From Octopus sinensis (lineage: Eukaryota): a DNA stretch of 64,000 nt. A program made the translations under genes and the position numbers. Location: contig NC_042998.1 of assembly GCF_006345805.1 (NCBI RefSeq), positions 202,864,001 through 202,928,000 of the forward strand, in the 5' to 3' direction. The notes beneath the pieces were generated by a model, which saw nothing but the letters and a program-made list of their open reading frames with translations, had not been told where the DNA came from and searched no databases. Shown piece after piece: positions 11,900 through 25,816 of this stretch (the first letter of the stretch is position 1; every line of letters begins with the position of its first letter).

Positions 11900-12100
11900 T
11901 TTCAAATTTTGGCACAAGGCCAGTAATTTTGGGGGAGGGGATAAGTCGATTTCATCGACCCCTGTGATCAACTGGGGCTCAGTTTATCGAATCAGAAAAA
12001 TTGAAAGGCAAAGTCAACCTCGGCGGAATTTGAAGTCAGGGCGTAAAAACGAACGGAATATCACTAAGCAGTTTGCCTAGTGTGCCAATTGTTCTCCCAG
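11900..12100 (-). mobile_element. SINE family B, short variant (tttcaaattttggcacaaggcc end)
   Basis: Shares gtcgaccccgaaaggatgaaaggcaaagtcgacctcggcggaatttgaa core with copies near 14250, 24705, 41105 and 43377. Confidence 0.75.
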
Positions 12101-12406
12101 TTTCCCGCCTTTTTCAAATTTTAGCACAAGACCAGCAATTCCGGGGCAGTGGGATAAGTCGATTGCATGAAGGAAACGGAATATGGATTTAGTACGAGTC
12201 TTTATGCAGCACGATGATCGTTTCGACCCATCAGACTAATAGACATATACCCAAAGTTCAAATAGTTACATACACTCATCTATAAAAATATGGTGCCATA
12301 GCTTTGAAGGTGAAACATTATAAACGAATTAAAGGAATATATATATCTATACTAGCTGGTGTACCCGATAATCCTCGGAGTAAAGATTTTCTATTGAAAA
12401 GCCTTA

Positions 12407-12559
12407 TCAGTTTCCGTCTACCAAATCCACTCACAAAGCATTGGTCGGCCCTAGGCTATAGCAGAAGACACCTGCCCAAGATGCCACGCAGTGGGACTGA
12501 ACCTGGAACCATGTGGTTGGTTAGCAAGCTACTTACCACACAGCCACTCCTGCGCCTAT
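12407..12559 (-). mobile_element. SINE family A, 5' part
   Basis: Matches the head half of 805-1197. Confidence 0.85.
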
Positions 12560-13202
12560 AACAAACAATGATAACAACCAATGAGAATGCACAGTATGCA
12601 TTTCAAACCCAGTGACACAAAGAGTTTCTTTGCATTTTTATTTTAAAGCAACACACGATGTATAATTTGAGGAGTCAAAACAGCAAAGTTATTACTACAC
12701 ACACACACAACACAACGTTTAGTAGAAACCTAATACTAATTTTAAGACAACTACAAGCTTTCAATGTAAAAATCTAAGATGTAAATGCAATTTGCTATTC
12801 TTTTCATGCACTGAACAATGGAGGATATTCTCGTAAAATGTTTCACAGTCTGTTAACAATCCATAAGAGAACAAGTAACCCTTCCTCTTTCCGCTCACCC
12901 AGTGAACTACACACTGAGTTCTATTTAAATCAAACACAAACAAGAACTCCACTATCATGTTACACTAATTTTCATACAATTTTTGGCGAAGCGGTTAAAA
13001 TATTAATACTTATTTATACACATGACGTATATATGAAACCTATGATGAATTTTAGTTACCTAAACTGCAGCCTTAAAGCCTGTGCAATGAAATTCGAAAC
13101 AGGTGTAAATATATCTTCTTATTCTCTTCGTACACAGAAAAATGAAACATGTCGTCACACGTTTCAATGTTCATTGGTCACACGTATATATGCATTATAT
13201 AA

Positions 13203-13241
<39 letters not shown>

Positions 13242-13251
13242 CATACATACA

Positions 13252-13283
<32 letters not shown>

Positions 13284-15197
13284 CATACATACATATATAT
13301 ATACATACATACATACATGCATACATACATACATCGCTTCGAGCCAAGCTGGTTGAAAGACCCTGAACGAAGCTGCATAGAAAATTATGCCCGGTTGGAT
13401 ATGCAACTACTCATACTCTATGCAACGGAAACACGTGTAGGTTGTCGTAACCATAAAAATATGCTGTGTGACATTGTAAAATAAAAGGGAATATATTTTG
13501 AGGATGTACCAGTCTCCATATTCTCTATCGTTATAATTACTGTTAATATACACTCCAGATAATATCACCATCCAGTGAAGCGAAGATTGAATTACCCATC
13601 GGAAGAATTTGCTGAGTGAGTGACAACTCCTAGTAGTCATAGATGTTAAATACTAATCGTTGTGGTTAGCCATAACTTGGAACATAACTGAGAGCCAGTA
13701 TGGTATACCCCTGGATAATATATCCCTCTATCTCACAAATGTATATACATTACAGTATGAAAGACAAGTAATATAAAACATTAAAAATCTGCCTGTTTAC
13801 TTCACTTCATTTGTTATTCACTGTCAAAATCATCATCGCACAATTTGTGATCTGGTCTCTGACGCAGTTCTACATCAACTCGTATGACACCCTCTTGTGG
13901 GTAATTTTCGGTGAGATGTAGTGTTTTATGAAATGAAGTTATTGCCTAGTTGCAATCTTCTTTGGGCAACGTGTAAGTCTTCCTAAGAATGTTTTAAGCC
14001 GAGTTGAAGCAGAATTTCGGAATTTGTATTTTGATCTCAGACCAGTTGCAGTGGAGCTGTGTCTGTGACCACGTTGCAGATGGTGCGACGAAAATGTTAA
14101 CACCAAACAAATGGATGATCAAATGAAGGTTTTTTTGCTTGTATTTTTGAATGTTTAATACTTATCTCATACCATGTAATTGTTTCAGTCACAACACGTG
14201 ACTTCAGAGACCTCTAACAAAGATGTTGGCACGAAATAATTCTTTCAGATTTTGGCACAAGCTCAGCAGTTTTCAGGAAAGGGACATTTAGTCGCTCGCA
14301 TCGACCCCAGAGCTCCACTGGTAGTCATTGTGTCGACCCCGAAAGGATGAAAAGCAAAATTGACATCGGTGAGATTTAAAGCCAAAGTGTAAAGAGCCGG
14401 ATTAAATTCTGCCAATCATTTTGTGAGACTTACTGACGACTCTGCCAGCTGCCTTCGTCTATTTTGACACTAAATAATAAATAAGTGAAGTTTTTTGTGA
14501 TTTTTTTGGTTGAATAATATTTGTTTTCCATGCTTTAATTGCTTTTGTTTCAATTCACGGTCTCAAATCAAATTACTTACCAGACAAGTACGATTCCAAA
14601 TTATATATATTATGTATTATATATCTATGCATGTGTGTATGTGCATGCATGTTTCTGTACTCAAGCGTATATAGATGTAGATGTATACATACACTCACAT
14701 GCATGCTCGCAGAACCACACATACATACATACATACATACATACATACATACATACATACATACATACATACATACATACATACATACATACATACATAC
14801 AATATTGAGAGAATATGGTCTGGGAAAAGTTTCTAAATTAATTTATCCGTGCACGTTTAATCAACATTTATCCTTCGTTTTGCAAATAGTCTCGTGGTTA
14901 TTCCATCGGACTCTTTTTGAAGAACTAACTGTGGATCAATTCGACTAGTTTAGTCTGTCTTTACAAACTCGAATGGTGTGTACTTTATCATCTCAAGGGA
15001 CAGAGTGAGTGAGAAAGAGAGAACTAGCTGAATGAAAATGCTATAAAAAAATAGGCACTGCTTTGATTCTTTTATATTTTAATTTCGTTGGTTGTGCGAA
15101 TTAATTCGTTCAACTGAAAGAGCCTTTTACTTTGAACACAGTGTCTATGTGCACAGTAAGGATAGACTCACAGATAGACATTGATAGATAAATAGAC

Positions 15198-15231
<34 letters not shown>

Positions 15232-15410
15232 AATTCTATAGTGCTGTATAGGAAGTAGAGTATTCGAAAGAAAGCAGTGTTAGCATAGTAATTTATTAAT
15301 CAAATTAGTTGCCAAGAATAACACATTCTTGATTAAATACATTACTTAAGCCCTAAGCAGGAGCGAATTTATAATCAGTATTCTCAGTAGACAATTAAAG
15401 AAGATAATTT

Positions 15411-15452
15411 GTCGCTGATGAAATCCTAACATAGGATGGAAACTAGACCAGC
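15411..15452 (+). ncRNA. Decayed hammerhead motif
   Basis: CTGATGA a atcc taacata ggat g GAAA CTAG AC cagc; triplet reads GAC (consensus GUC inferred) and stem I is degraded. Confidence 0.55.
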
Positions 15453-15771
15453 TGATTCTTTTCTCGCAACGTAGATATATTTGTGTATAAAACAACAAAT
15501 TGTTTACATGTGTCTATTATGTATGTAAAAAGGCAAACTGTCAACACTTCTGCATACATAGAAGCTAGAGTAAAAACTATATATACTCTTGTACAGTATA
15601 GCATGTATATATATATATATATTTCAAGAACCGAAACATGTTATAATGTATATATAAAACTTAAAAATTTGTCTAATATAACAGCATTTTCGAACTTCAT
15701 TTTTTACAAATATATACCCACTCGTATACGAGCTAATCTTATTATAATATAATATATATATATATATATAT

Positions 15772-15806
<35 letters not shown>

Positions 15807-15812
15807 TGTATA

Positions 15813-16035
15813 CAATAATCCTTCGCCATATCGCGGTTCACCTATCGCGGTTTATTATTTAAGCTTACGTCGATTCCTCCGTGGTGTTGTTTTGCATTTA
15901 TAATAAAATAAATATATGCAAATTATAAAAATAATTTTAAAATATATTCTGTACAGTACTGTTTTTACTTCGCGGATTTTCACCTAACGCGGGGTGTTTT
16001 GGAACGTAACACCCGCGAAAGTCGAGAGATTACTG
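15813..16035. mobile_element. Tigger/pogo-like MITE
   Basis: TIRs caataatccttcg / cgagagattactg with TA flanks; internal cgcggttcacctatcgcgg. Confidence 0.7.
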
Positions 16036-16056
16036 TATGTGTATGTATTCATGCAT

Positions 16057-16460
16057 ACTCTTTACTCTTTTACTCTTTTACTTGTTTCAGTCATTTGACT
16101 ACGGCCATGCTGGAGCACCACCTTTAGTCGAGCAAATCGACCCCGGGACTTATTCTTTGTAAGCCCAGTACTTATTCTATCGGTCTCTTTTGCCGAACCG
16201 CTAAGTGACGGGGACGTAAACACACCAGCATCGGTGGTCAAGCAATGCTAGGGGGACAAACACAAACACACACACATACATATATATATATACATATATA
16301 CGACAGGCTTCTTTCAGTTTCCGTCTACCAAATCCACTCACAAGGCATTGGTCGGCCCGGGGCTATAGCAGAAGACACTTGCCCAAGATGCCACGCAGTG
16401 GGACTGAACCCGGAACCATGTGGTTGGTTAGCAAGCTACTTACCACACAGCCACTCCTGC
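16057..16460 (-). mobile_element. SINE family A, full length
   Basis: Near-identical to 805-1197. Confidence 0.9.
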
Positions 16461-17149
16461 ATGTATATTATGTATGTGATAATGTATGGATGCATGTTTG
16501 TATATATTTGCGTAAAAACCTGTGTGACGTACTTCTATATCATTTACCTCCAGCAGACACCTAAATGCACAAACACATCTTATATCATTTAGTTTCCTTG
16601 TTTACCAATAAATGGCTTCGCATTTGGAACAGCGCAGTCTACACTTTTGGCAACAGAAGTTCGATTTCATCAGCTATCCTGGCGCCATATGCCAAAGTTA
16701 CTCGCTGAAAATTCTGCTGCTGCAACAACAACAGCAAATATATGTGCAACAACAACAATACAAAACAAGGCAAAACAAGAAAATATAATAAAGAAAGAGA
16801 TATGGAAAAATACAAAGAAGAATGGAAATATTGAAATTATTATTTTTTGGGGGGGGTTCTGTTTGCCGTTGTTGTTGTTGATGTTTCGGCAGTTGCAGTT
16901 GTTGATTTTGCTGCTGTAGCTGCTACTGCTGCTGGTGCAGTTGCAGTTGTTGCTGTTGGTGGCGATGGTGGGGTTTGAAGGAATAATTTGAGGTTGGGTT
17001 GGTGGGTGGGTGGGTGAGCTGTGAATATCTAGAATCTACCGGCTGTCGTAGAGAGAAAAAATCTAAGAGGATTTTAGTTCCACTGAACTACGCCAAAGTA
17101 TCACTATTCTGTAATACCTCTATCTACAACCAGCAGCAGTGGTTGTCAG

Positions 17150-18230
17150 ACATCATCATCATCATTATCGTCATCGTCGTCGTCATCGTCATCAACAACA
17201 ACATTACCATCATCATCATCGTCATCATCATCAACGTCATCATCATCCTCACCATCATCATTGTAATTATCATTATCATCATCATCGCCACCACCAGCAC
17301 CATCATCATCATTGTCATTAACATGATCATCGTATTCATCATCATCATTATCATTACGTCGTCGTCGTCGTCGTCGTCGTAGTTGTTTTCATCATCGTCG
17401 TCGTCATCGTCATTATCATCAACATCATCATCATCACCATCTTCATCGTCATCATCATCACCATCATCATTGTAATTATTATCATCATCATCACCACCAT
17501 GATCATCGTATTCATCGTCGTCGTCGTCATCATAGTCTCATATACAACAACAACAACAACACCAACAACATCGTTCTATGACTACTCATGACACACTACT
17601 ACCATGGCCATCAGTACTCATCGTCGTTGTCGCCTTCGCAATCATCTTCATCGATCTACAACTACTAATGACACACACTGCTACAACCATTTTGACTATC
17701 CTTGTCGACACTAATGGCCCCCACACCGACAATACCACCGCCTCTGTCTCCGCCGCCTCCGTCTCCACCGCCTCTGTCTCCGCCGCTTCTGTCTCTGCCG
17801 CCTCTGCCGCCACGATCAATATCACAAGCATAATCATTACTTCTTAAACTAACAACTACTACTACTACTACAACCACCGGCACTACCACCGCCACTGTTC
17901 CACACTATAACACCACTGTCACCATCATCACATACCACACTACCACCACTGCTGCTCTCACTACTGCTACAGGCACCACACCACCACCACAACCATTGTC
18001 ACTATAACTACCACTACGGTCACCATCACCATACTACAATCATCATCACCGTTGTCACTATCACCTCCACCACCGTTGCCATGGCCACTAACACCCGCCA
18101 CAACCTTCTTCGCCATGATTGCTGCCACCATTACCACCACCACCACCACCACCACCACTACTACTACTACTACTGCCACCACCTTAACAACATAACAATA
18201 AATATCCAAAATTAAAATCATCAACATCAC
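17150..18230. repeat. Mosaic trinucleotide array (CAT/CGT/CAC/TAC)
   Basis: Alternating blocks of degenerate triplets; gives poly-I/H/M/V ORFs. Confidence 0.9.
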
Positions 18231-18348
18231 GAATTACTACACAATCAACAAGCCAAAAAGTGAAACTCTATGTCGTTGCTCGGTTTGCTAGAAGTGGTAA
18301 CCAAATTCCCTAAAAATAAATACTACCTTTTTGAAGGATATATTGCTT

Positions 18349-18579
18349 GGCGGCAAGCTGGCAGAAACGTTAGCACGCCGGGCGAAATGCGTAGCCGTAG
18401 TTCGTCTGCTGTTACGTTCTGAGTTCAAATTCCTCCGAAGTCGACTTTGCCTTTCATCCTCTCGGGATCGATACATTAAGTACCAGCTGCGCACTGGGAT
18501 CGATATAATCGACTTAATCCGTTTGTCTGTCTTTGTTTGTCCTCTCTGTGTTTAGCCCCTTGTGGGTAGTAAAGAAATA
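18349..18579 (+). mobile_element. tRNA-derived SINE family B
   Basis: ggcggcaagctggcagaaacgttagcacgccgggcgaaatg..gttcaaattcc..gccccttgtgggtagtaaagaaata; copies at 41318, 53398 and 59617. Confidence 0.88.
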
Positions 18580-19875
18580 TATATTGCTCGGTGTAGTTTT
18601 AAATGTACAAAATTAAAACAGATGATCCAATCTGACGGTTAAACAGAGGTTATACGATCGACAACACCACCACCCCATAACTATTACCACCGCCATATCT
18701 CCCATCAACACTATTATAACTAGTACTTCAACATCATCACCAATACTATTAATGCCACTGTCATCAAAATGACAAGTAAAACCTAAAATTTCTAAAGACA
18801 TTTGTCGCTTTAGCTTTGTAAGATCAGGCGTAGTGAAGATGCGGGTCTGTGGCTACGTTGGTTTAGATTGTGGTTATATACATGTTTAATGAGATTTAGC
18901 ATGTCTCGGTTTTAGTGTGATCGGCCTCAAAGTCTTTGTTCGCGGATAACTTAGTAGTATCTTGATAATACTTGGTAGAACTTATTATAATTTCACGATA
19001 TTTTCGAAAGCAACATACCTGAGTAGTATACACAACTGCTGGTGAATGCTGAATATGCGTGTCAATGATGTATGAAAGAAGAAGCAAAGTTAGTAGTATG
19101 GTGTCGTCTGCATAGAATTTTTCTATCAGTGAAAAGCAGTGTGTCCCACGACATAGTAACATTATTACTTTATTTGCTCTGTCTCTTTGCTTTCTTTCTT
19201 TTTTTTCTTCTTTTTTTTCTCGTCGGGATTCCATAATAACGACAGAATTTCAATACTAATATTAGAACCACCAGTGTATTAGATTTGTCGTCTGTTTCAG
19301 ACAATACCGAAACAACGAGACTGATTGCTTTTTGTAGCTTCCCACACTCCGTCGCTTTTGCTGCTATTTTGTTTATGTTCGCTTTGCATTTTCATAGTAA
19401 TTCTTGTAGTAAAAAAAGGCTTAGCCAAATAGAACTACCATCATCATCATTGTTCTCATTCCTTTCATCATCATAATCTCCATTATCACCATCGTTTATA
19501 TTACATCATCATAAACTCATCATCTTATTTCTCATCATAATCTTGTTTCTTATCATCGCTAAAACCGACTGAGAGACTTATGGCTCATCAGTTCGTCTCT
19601 CGTATTCCCAACAAGAAACAAACAGTTTTAAGAGGATGGGTGTAAGGTACGCGCAGATATGCAAGTAAGAAAAAAGGGGAGAAATTTTTCGCCTACATAG
19701 TCAGAAAGCGCCTGGAAAGTATCTGGAGTGCTGTTTCGTATTCTAGAAACAGCAAGACGTGTGTCCATAGAAGCCTTGTCAGGAAGTGAGGAAATCTCTA
19801 ACTGATGAGTATCAGGGGAATTTACACTAACTCGTGTGTGCACGTGTGTGTGTGTATGTGTGTGTGTGTATGTGC

Positions 19876-19932
<57 letters not shown>

Positions 19933-20439
19933 GTGTGTGTGTGTGACTGATTTATGATTTATGAAACTGCCCATTCACGTCATGCCACAAACTATAGATA
20001 AGATGATTTTTGTGTAGAAATGGTAGAGGAACTTAGTTGAAGATAATCCTCTCATGATATTCCTCCCATGAAAATAGTTGGTAATGTCAGGTACAGATTA
20101 CACTTGTCAAATTCCTTGGCCATTTTCATATTAAAGGGTTTCAAAGTCGATTATTTTAATAGATGACATAAAATCAGGTTACCTCAAGTGCAATGATACT
20201 AACCAGTTCAAGACTTTCTGGACAAATGCAAAATATAACTCTCTTTCGACCAACTCTGATATCGAAACAACAGCTACATCAATCAAAAGAGTAACACCTG
20301 AAGAATGAAAATACTCAAAATACAATTTACCTCGCACATCTTGCAAATGCCGTTGAGGGGCATGCTACCTCAAGCAGCACAAACCATGAATCTTTTCTGC
20401 TTTTGTCATATTCTTCATCTGCACTTATCACTTTCATGT

Positions 20440-21330
20440 ATTTTATGTAGTTTGTTCTTAGTGCTTGCTAAGCCTCCGTTTTTGGTTTTAAATCACTTTT
20501 AATCATCCACAGCCGTCTTTTTTCTCTCTCAGTCTTATCTTCAACATCTCTATGAAATTGTCCATGCATTCTTTTCTTTACCCACCTATTTTCAGTTTCA
20601 TTCGTTTTCAATTTCTTGTACAGTGCTTTATCTTTGCAATCTTTCAGCCTACACAAGCCTGACCTTCCTACTAGTAATAGCGGTTCTGTGGCATTTTTTA
20701 CATACCACGCTATGTTGTTTTCTTCTGCTCTAATACTGTGTTCGCATCCAATAAGTCCTCTTCCCCAACTTTTTCTTCGTACATATAGTCTGTCTGTGTC
20801 ACTTTTTGGGTGGAGTGACCCATATCTAGTTAGCAACTTCTTTGTCTTTCTGTCTAAGCTGTTTTTCGTCTACTGTTCATGCGTTTATCCCTACTCCATA
20901 TCTAAGGAGTGAAACCGCCCAGGTGTTGATAGCTTCGATCTTATTCCATCCGTTTGATTTCGATTTAAGGATCAGTCTCAGTCTACGCAAGTACTCCACC
21001 TTAATTTTTTCTGTCATTTCTTTCTCCATCAATTTATCCATTACCAAATTCCCAAATACATATAGCCCGTCTCTTCTATCTGCTTCATAACCTCCCCCGA
21101 TGGTATCGTTAGCCCGTCCATACATTTGATTTTGCCTCTCTTCAAGACTAACACTCCACACTTTCTCAGTCCGAACTCCATTCTGATATCAGCACTGAAG
21201 GTCTATACCGTATCAACGAGGGAACTGACTCGGGCTTCATCTTTACCATGAAGTTTAAGGTCATGCATAAATAACAAATGGTTGACTTTTTGTTGGCAGC
21301 TTTTGAATACGAACCCAGCTTTTGCTTTCC
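20440..21330 (-). pseudogene. R4/Dong-type reverse transcriptase fragment
   Basis: KVNHLLFMHDLKLHGKDE (YMDD region), MEFGLRKCGVL, EYLRRLRLILKSK..INTWAVSLLRYGVG, LHPKSDTDRLYVRRKSWGRGLIG. Confidence 0.88.
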
Positions 21331-21372
21331 CCATAATCATTGTCAGTGGTATCAAACACAGTACAAAGATCA

Positions 21373-21390
21373 ATTATTGTTATTATTATT

Positions 21391-21429
<39 letters not shown>

Positions 21430-21527
21430 GTTACTATTATCATTATTATTATTATTACTGTTATCATCATCATCATCATCATTATTATTATTATCATTAT
21501 TATCATCATCATCATCATCATCAACAA

Positions 21528-21563
<36 letters not shown>

Positions 21564-21735
21564 CATCATTATTATTATTATTATTATTATCATCATTATT
21601 GTTATTATTATTATTATTATTATCATCATTATTGTTATTATTATTATTATTATCATCATTATTATTATTATTATCATCATTATTATTATTATTATTATCA
21701 TCATTATTGTTATTATCATCATTATTATTATTATT
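21373..21735. repeat. (ATT/ATC)n array, probably the expanded tail or target of the adjacent LINE
   Basis: Compound trinucleotide repeat abutting the 3' end of the element at 21736-22200. Confidence 0.9.
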
Positions 21736-22200
21736 GCTTCTTTAATAGCTCCATACGAGTTTCTACTGCACAGCCTGGTGCACTTCTGCGCTTTCGAGAC
21801 GGGTGCAGCATTGCATGATTTTATTGCTGTGTGGGCGGTGGGTGGTCGGATGTAGACGCCTTCTTTTGGTGCACTGCATCAGCTTAAGCAGCAATGGAGT
21901 TTAGCTTCTTCCATTGTACTAGTGCTTGTTGTGTATGCATAGTGGGTTCTGTGAGTTGTGTTCCTTGTTGAAAAATTAATATTGTTGAGTATATGTTGCG
22001 TAAAATTTGCTGTATTATTTTATTATACACTAATTGTTTGGAGCGTGTTTGTATGTGAAGATTGCTCTATCTGAGCTGTACTACTGAATCAATAATGTTT
22101 TGCGCAGGATATGGACTGTTCCTGCTAGAACTATCTTGGGATAGTGTGTATTACTTTTGTAAGCCTTAATATTACTTCAGCGCTTTTTATCATACGTAAT
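21736..22200 (-). mobile_element. 3' end (C-terminus and 3' UTR) of an R4/Dong-type element
   Basis: PKIVLAGTVHILRKTLLIQ* (typical RLE C-terminus), then about 340 nt of UTR ending in (AAT)n. Confidence 0.7.
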
Positions 22201-22768
22201 TCTCAAAATATTATTTGTACCATTTTCACTTTAATACCCACATCTAAAATATTTTCGTTTCAAGATCGTTCAACTAAGACAGTTTTTTCCACTTCCTTTG
22301 GGGAAATATTTTGATGAGGATTGATTGCAATGTCTCTCAGTATGCATGCATGTGTTCGTGCGTGTGCATGTGTGTGTGTGCATGTGTGTGTGTGTGTATG
22401 TGTGTGTGTACGGGCGTGTGTGTATTTTCTTTTTCTTTCTTTTAGCTTTCATTTTTAGTGCTTGATTTTTTAGTCTTGGCTTACAGTCGCCGTTAAGGCT
22501 GGAAAGATGGCGTTAAAGCTGCCGTCCCAAACACTATTCACCCACCTTCCTGTATCTTATCGAAAATTTCAACGCCAGTCTTTAATTTCTTTTTAAATGT
22601 CAACGTTCCAGGGATAAAAATTAAAAAATTACCGAAACAAAACATAACGGTCTTATTCCTCAGAATTCTCGTCAGTTTAGCAACAACGCAAAACAAGAAT
22701 TTTTTAACATAAACTTTTTAAAACATACGAGAGACCTGACGCACGACATATATATTTTTATTATCATA

Positions 22769-23126
22769 CTAGCAATATCGCCCGGCGTTGCTCGGATTTG
22801 TTTCGACCCTTTAGAATTGGAATTTTTGAAAAGTAAAAATTTTGCATTATGTACCTTGTTATTCTCTTTAAGTGGACATTTTTCTGGTTGAAATACACCG
22901 ACAAATCGCGACACAGAAGACAAAAAAATCGTAAAAAATAGGGAATTTTCATAGAAAAAAAGCACCTTTTTTATGTAAATAATTTTTGCTGTTAACCTGG
23001 TCTTATTTGAATGTTTTCTTATACTTTGGTGAACTTGCGCCGCAGGGTCTCGGAGGAGATAGTGTTAGTTGAAGGCTACCAAACCTGCCATACACAGACA
23101 ACTTCAGCTTTATATATATATAGAGA
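22769..23126 (-). mobile_element. Non-autonomous Helitron
   Basis: 5' A|TCTCTATATATA..; 3' cgagcaacgccgggcgatattgCTAG|T. Confidence 0.8.
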
Positions 23127-23930
23127 TATTATTATTACCATTGTTATTACTATTGCTATGGTAATTGTTGCTGTTACCATTGCTGTTGTAGTTATTATCG
23201 AAATATTTTTATTACATAACCAAGCTTAGTCTTTGTGCCTGATTTACTTGACGTGGTGGAAATCGTCGCAATTTTTCAAGTATCCAAACCTCGTTAACCA
23301 GCAACTACAACCACAACAACAACAAGAACAACATGTGACTATCAACGATGGCAGAGACATCGAATATAGAAAAAAAACTAAACTGACAATAAATTCAACA
23401 ATTATATAGACAACAGAAAATAAACACAGAAGAAGAAAATATCAATGAAAGAATTCAAGAAGAGAAAGAACATGAGTAGACTTAAAATATTTAAATATTC
23501 AATACATTATTTTAACAGCGTCACTATAGAAGAAGCTGTATACTGAGTAATTGTAAGCTGTGTATTTCTTAATATCACATGGGATACATAAAATATTTGT
23601 TTTGTACACAACAATGGCGATTAAAATACTTGTCTCGTGAGCAAGTTGTCTTTATTGATTCTCTTTTGTCAGTCTGTTTCACCATCTGTAATAATAATAA
23701 TTACTAGTAGGACCCGTAGAAATACCGCGCTTTATAAATGTTCGTGTTTTTTTTGTTTTGATGCATAAATTTATAGGTCTTCTGGAAATTGTATCTTTAT
23801 GTTATTATGTTAAATATTTCGCCTATGCTTTCGATTTCGTGCTATAGTTAAGGTTGCTATAAGCGAAACACTTCATGTGTGTGTGTAGCAACAAGGAGAA
23901 TAATAGTACAGATAATAATAATAATAATAA

Positions 23931-23975
<45 letters not shown>

Positions 23976-24029
23976 TAAAATAATAATAATAATAATAATA
24001 TATAATAATAATAATAACAATAACATAAC

Positions 24030-24075
<46 letters not shown>

Positions 24076-24090
24076 TAATAATAATAATAA

Positions 24091-24649
24091 TAATGCCCTA
24101 ATGTAGTACCAGACAGTAGCTCTCATGGCTTCTGATCTTAACTGATTGGAAGTGTTATCATGCACATTCTTTTGTCTTGGTATAAAAGATGGGCTACAGC
24201 AAATATTCTGCTCAATACCACAGATTTACTTGTCAGTTGTTTAACCTTAACCAGTTAAGCATGTCCCTTAGTGGCTGACGATATGTGTGTCTCTGATCAC
24301 GAGCAGAAGTAACGGGAGAGCATCATAGCCATGTGTTGAGAGGAATTCTTTGGAGTTTGAATAATTCACCTCTGGAAACATGGGTGTTTCGTTCAACATC
24401 CTTAAACAATCCTTATTCAGGGACCTTTTAAACGGGATGGGCTACTCGATCGGAAGAAAATTCTAACTGGGCCCCACCTGCAAGATTCATGTGCTGTTTA
24501 TCTTGATATGAGATCACCATGTCGCGCACATGTGGTTGCGATGCATGTGCCTGGTGTACCCTTATCAGACGGGTAGTCGTGATGGGTATACTGGGCTTCG
24601 TAAATTTTACCCCAGTGTCACTTTGATGGCATGCACCGCTCTCTCACTC

Positions 24650-24650
<1 letters not shown>
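24091..24650. mobile_element. About 560-bp non-coding element between two (AAT)n arrays
   Basis: Complex sequence sharply bounded by aataataat on both sides; no ORF; class inferred (R4/Dong-dependent?). Confidence 0.45.
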
Positions 24651-24700
<50 letters not shown>

Positions 24701-25172
24701 CCTGTCATAAGGCCTGAAATTTTGTGGTGTAAGGTAGGGGGTTAGTTGACTACATCGACCCAAGTGTTTCACTAGTACTCATTTTATCTATTGCGTAATG
24801 ATGAAAGGCCAAGTCGACCTCGGCGGAATGTGAAACCAGAACGTAAAGACGGACGAAATGCCGACAAGCATTTTGTCCGGTGTAATAACGATTCTGCCAG
24901 TAAGCATTGATAACAACAGCAAAAACAACAATAATAACAATAATAATAATAGTAATCCTTTCTACTAACGGCACAAGGCCTGAAATTTTACACAACAAAT
25001 ATTTATGTTCAAGGGAAAATGATAATAGAAGTATACATTTACACATGTGTGCCTGTGAACGCGTGCTTGTGCATGCATGTTTGTATGTACGTATATATAT
25101 TAGCATATATCTATATACTTGTGCACATACATATGCACAGACGCACACACACACAAGCATACACACACAAAC

Positions 25173-25211
<39 letters not shown>

Positions 25212-25332
25212 TGAGCATGCTACAGAAGGTAACATGTCTATGTACGTATTTATGCATTTATGTCAACCAAAGCATAATTAGGGCCAGTGAAATGTATGTA
25301 TGAATGTATGTATGTATGTATATTCCAGTTGT

Positions 25333-25650
25333 TTAAGGTGGTATCGATATATGACCCACGTCTCGCAGGCATAGAGAAGAGAAGGGAGCACACATGCCTT
25401 GTACACCTTTATCATTGTCTTTCTGCATATGTCTCACCGACTCCAGAGGCGTTTTTCTAGCCTTCCGAAAGCAACACTTGCTTTCCTAATTCTATATGAA
25501 ATTTCATCATCCACATTGCCATATCTGTTAATAGTGCTTCCCAGGTAGACAAACTGATCCACTACATCAAGTCGTTTACCATTCACATAGATATTTGGTA
25601 CACTATACTGCTTACCAGGGGCAGGTTGACATTGTAGATCTTTAGCTGGG
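25333..25650 (-). pseudogene. RTE (BovB-like) LINE RT fragment
   Basis: [83 protein letters not shown]. Confidence 0.88.
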
Positions 25651-25774
25651 CTAAAAAGTCACATGCGATCACAGCACCAGTAACAGTTAAGCTTCGTGCA
25701 ATGGCCATACTCGATAACGAGGGGCAACCATATTAATGTATGTATATATGCGTGTAGATAGCTAGCTAGATAGC

Positions 25775-25816
<42 letters not shown>

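Noticed and set aside
16655-16680. CTGATGA on the minus strand
   Set aside because: No GAAA or stem III partner at a foldable distance. The same applies to CTGANGA hits near 19584, 19800, 20300, 22670, 24275, 27158, 39880, 48600 and 52175.
24091-24200. Possible HDV-like ribozyme at the start of the AAT-bounded element
   Set aside because: One long-range stem (taccagaca/tgtcttggta) exists, but P1, P3 and P1.1 could not be drawn.
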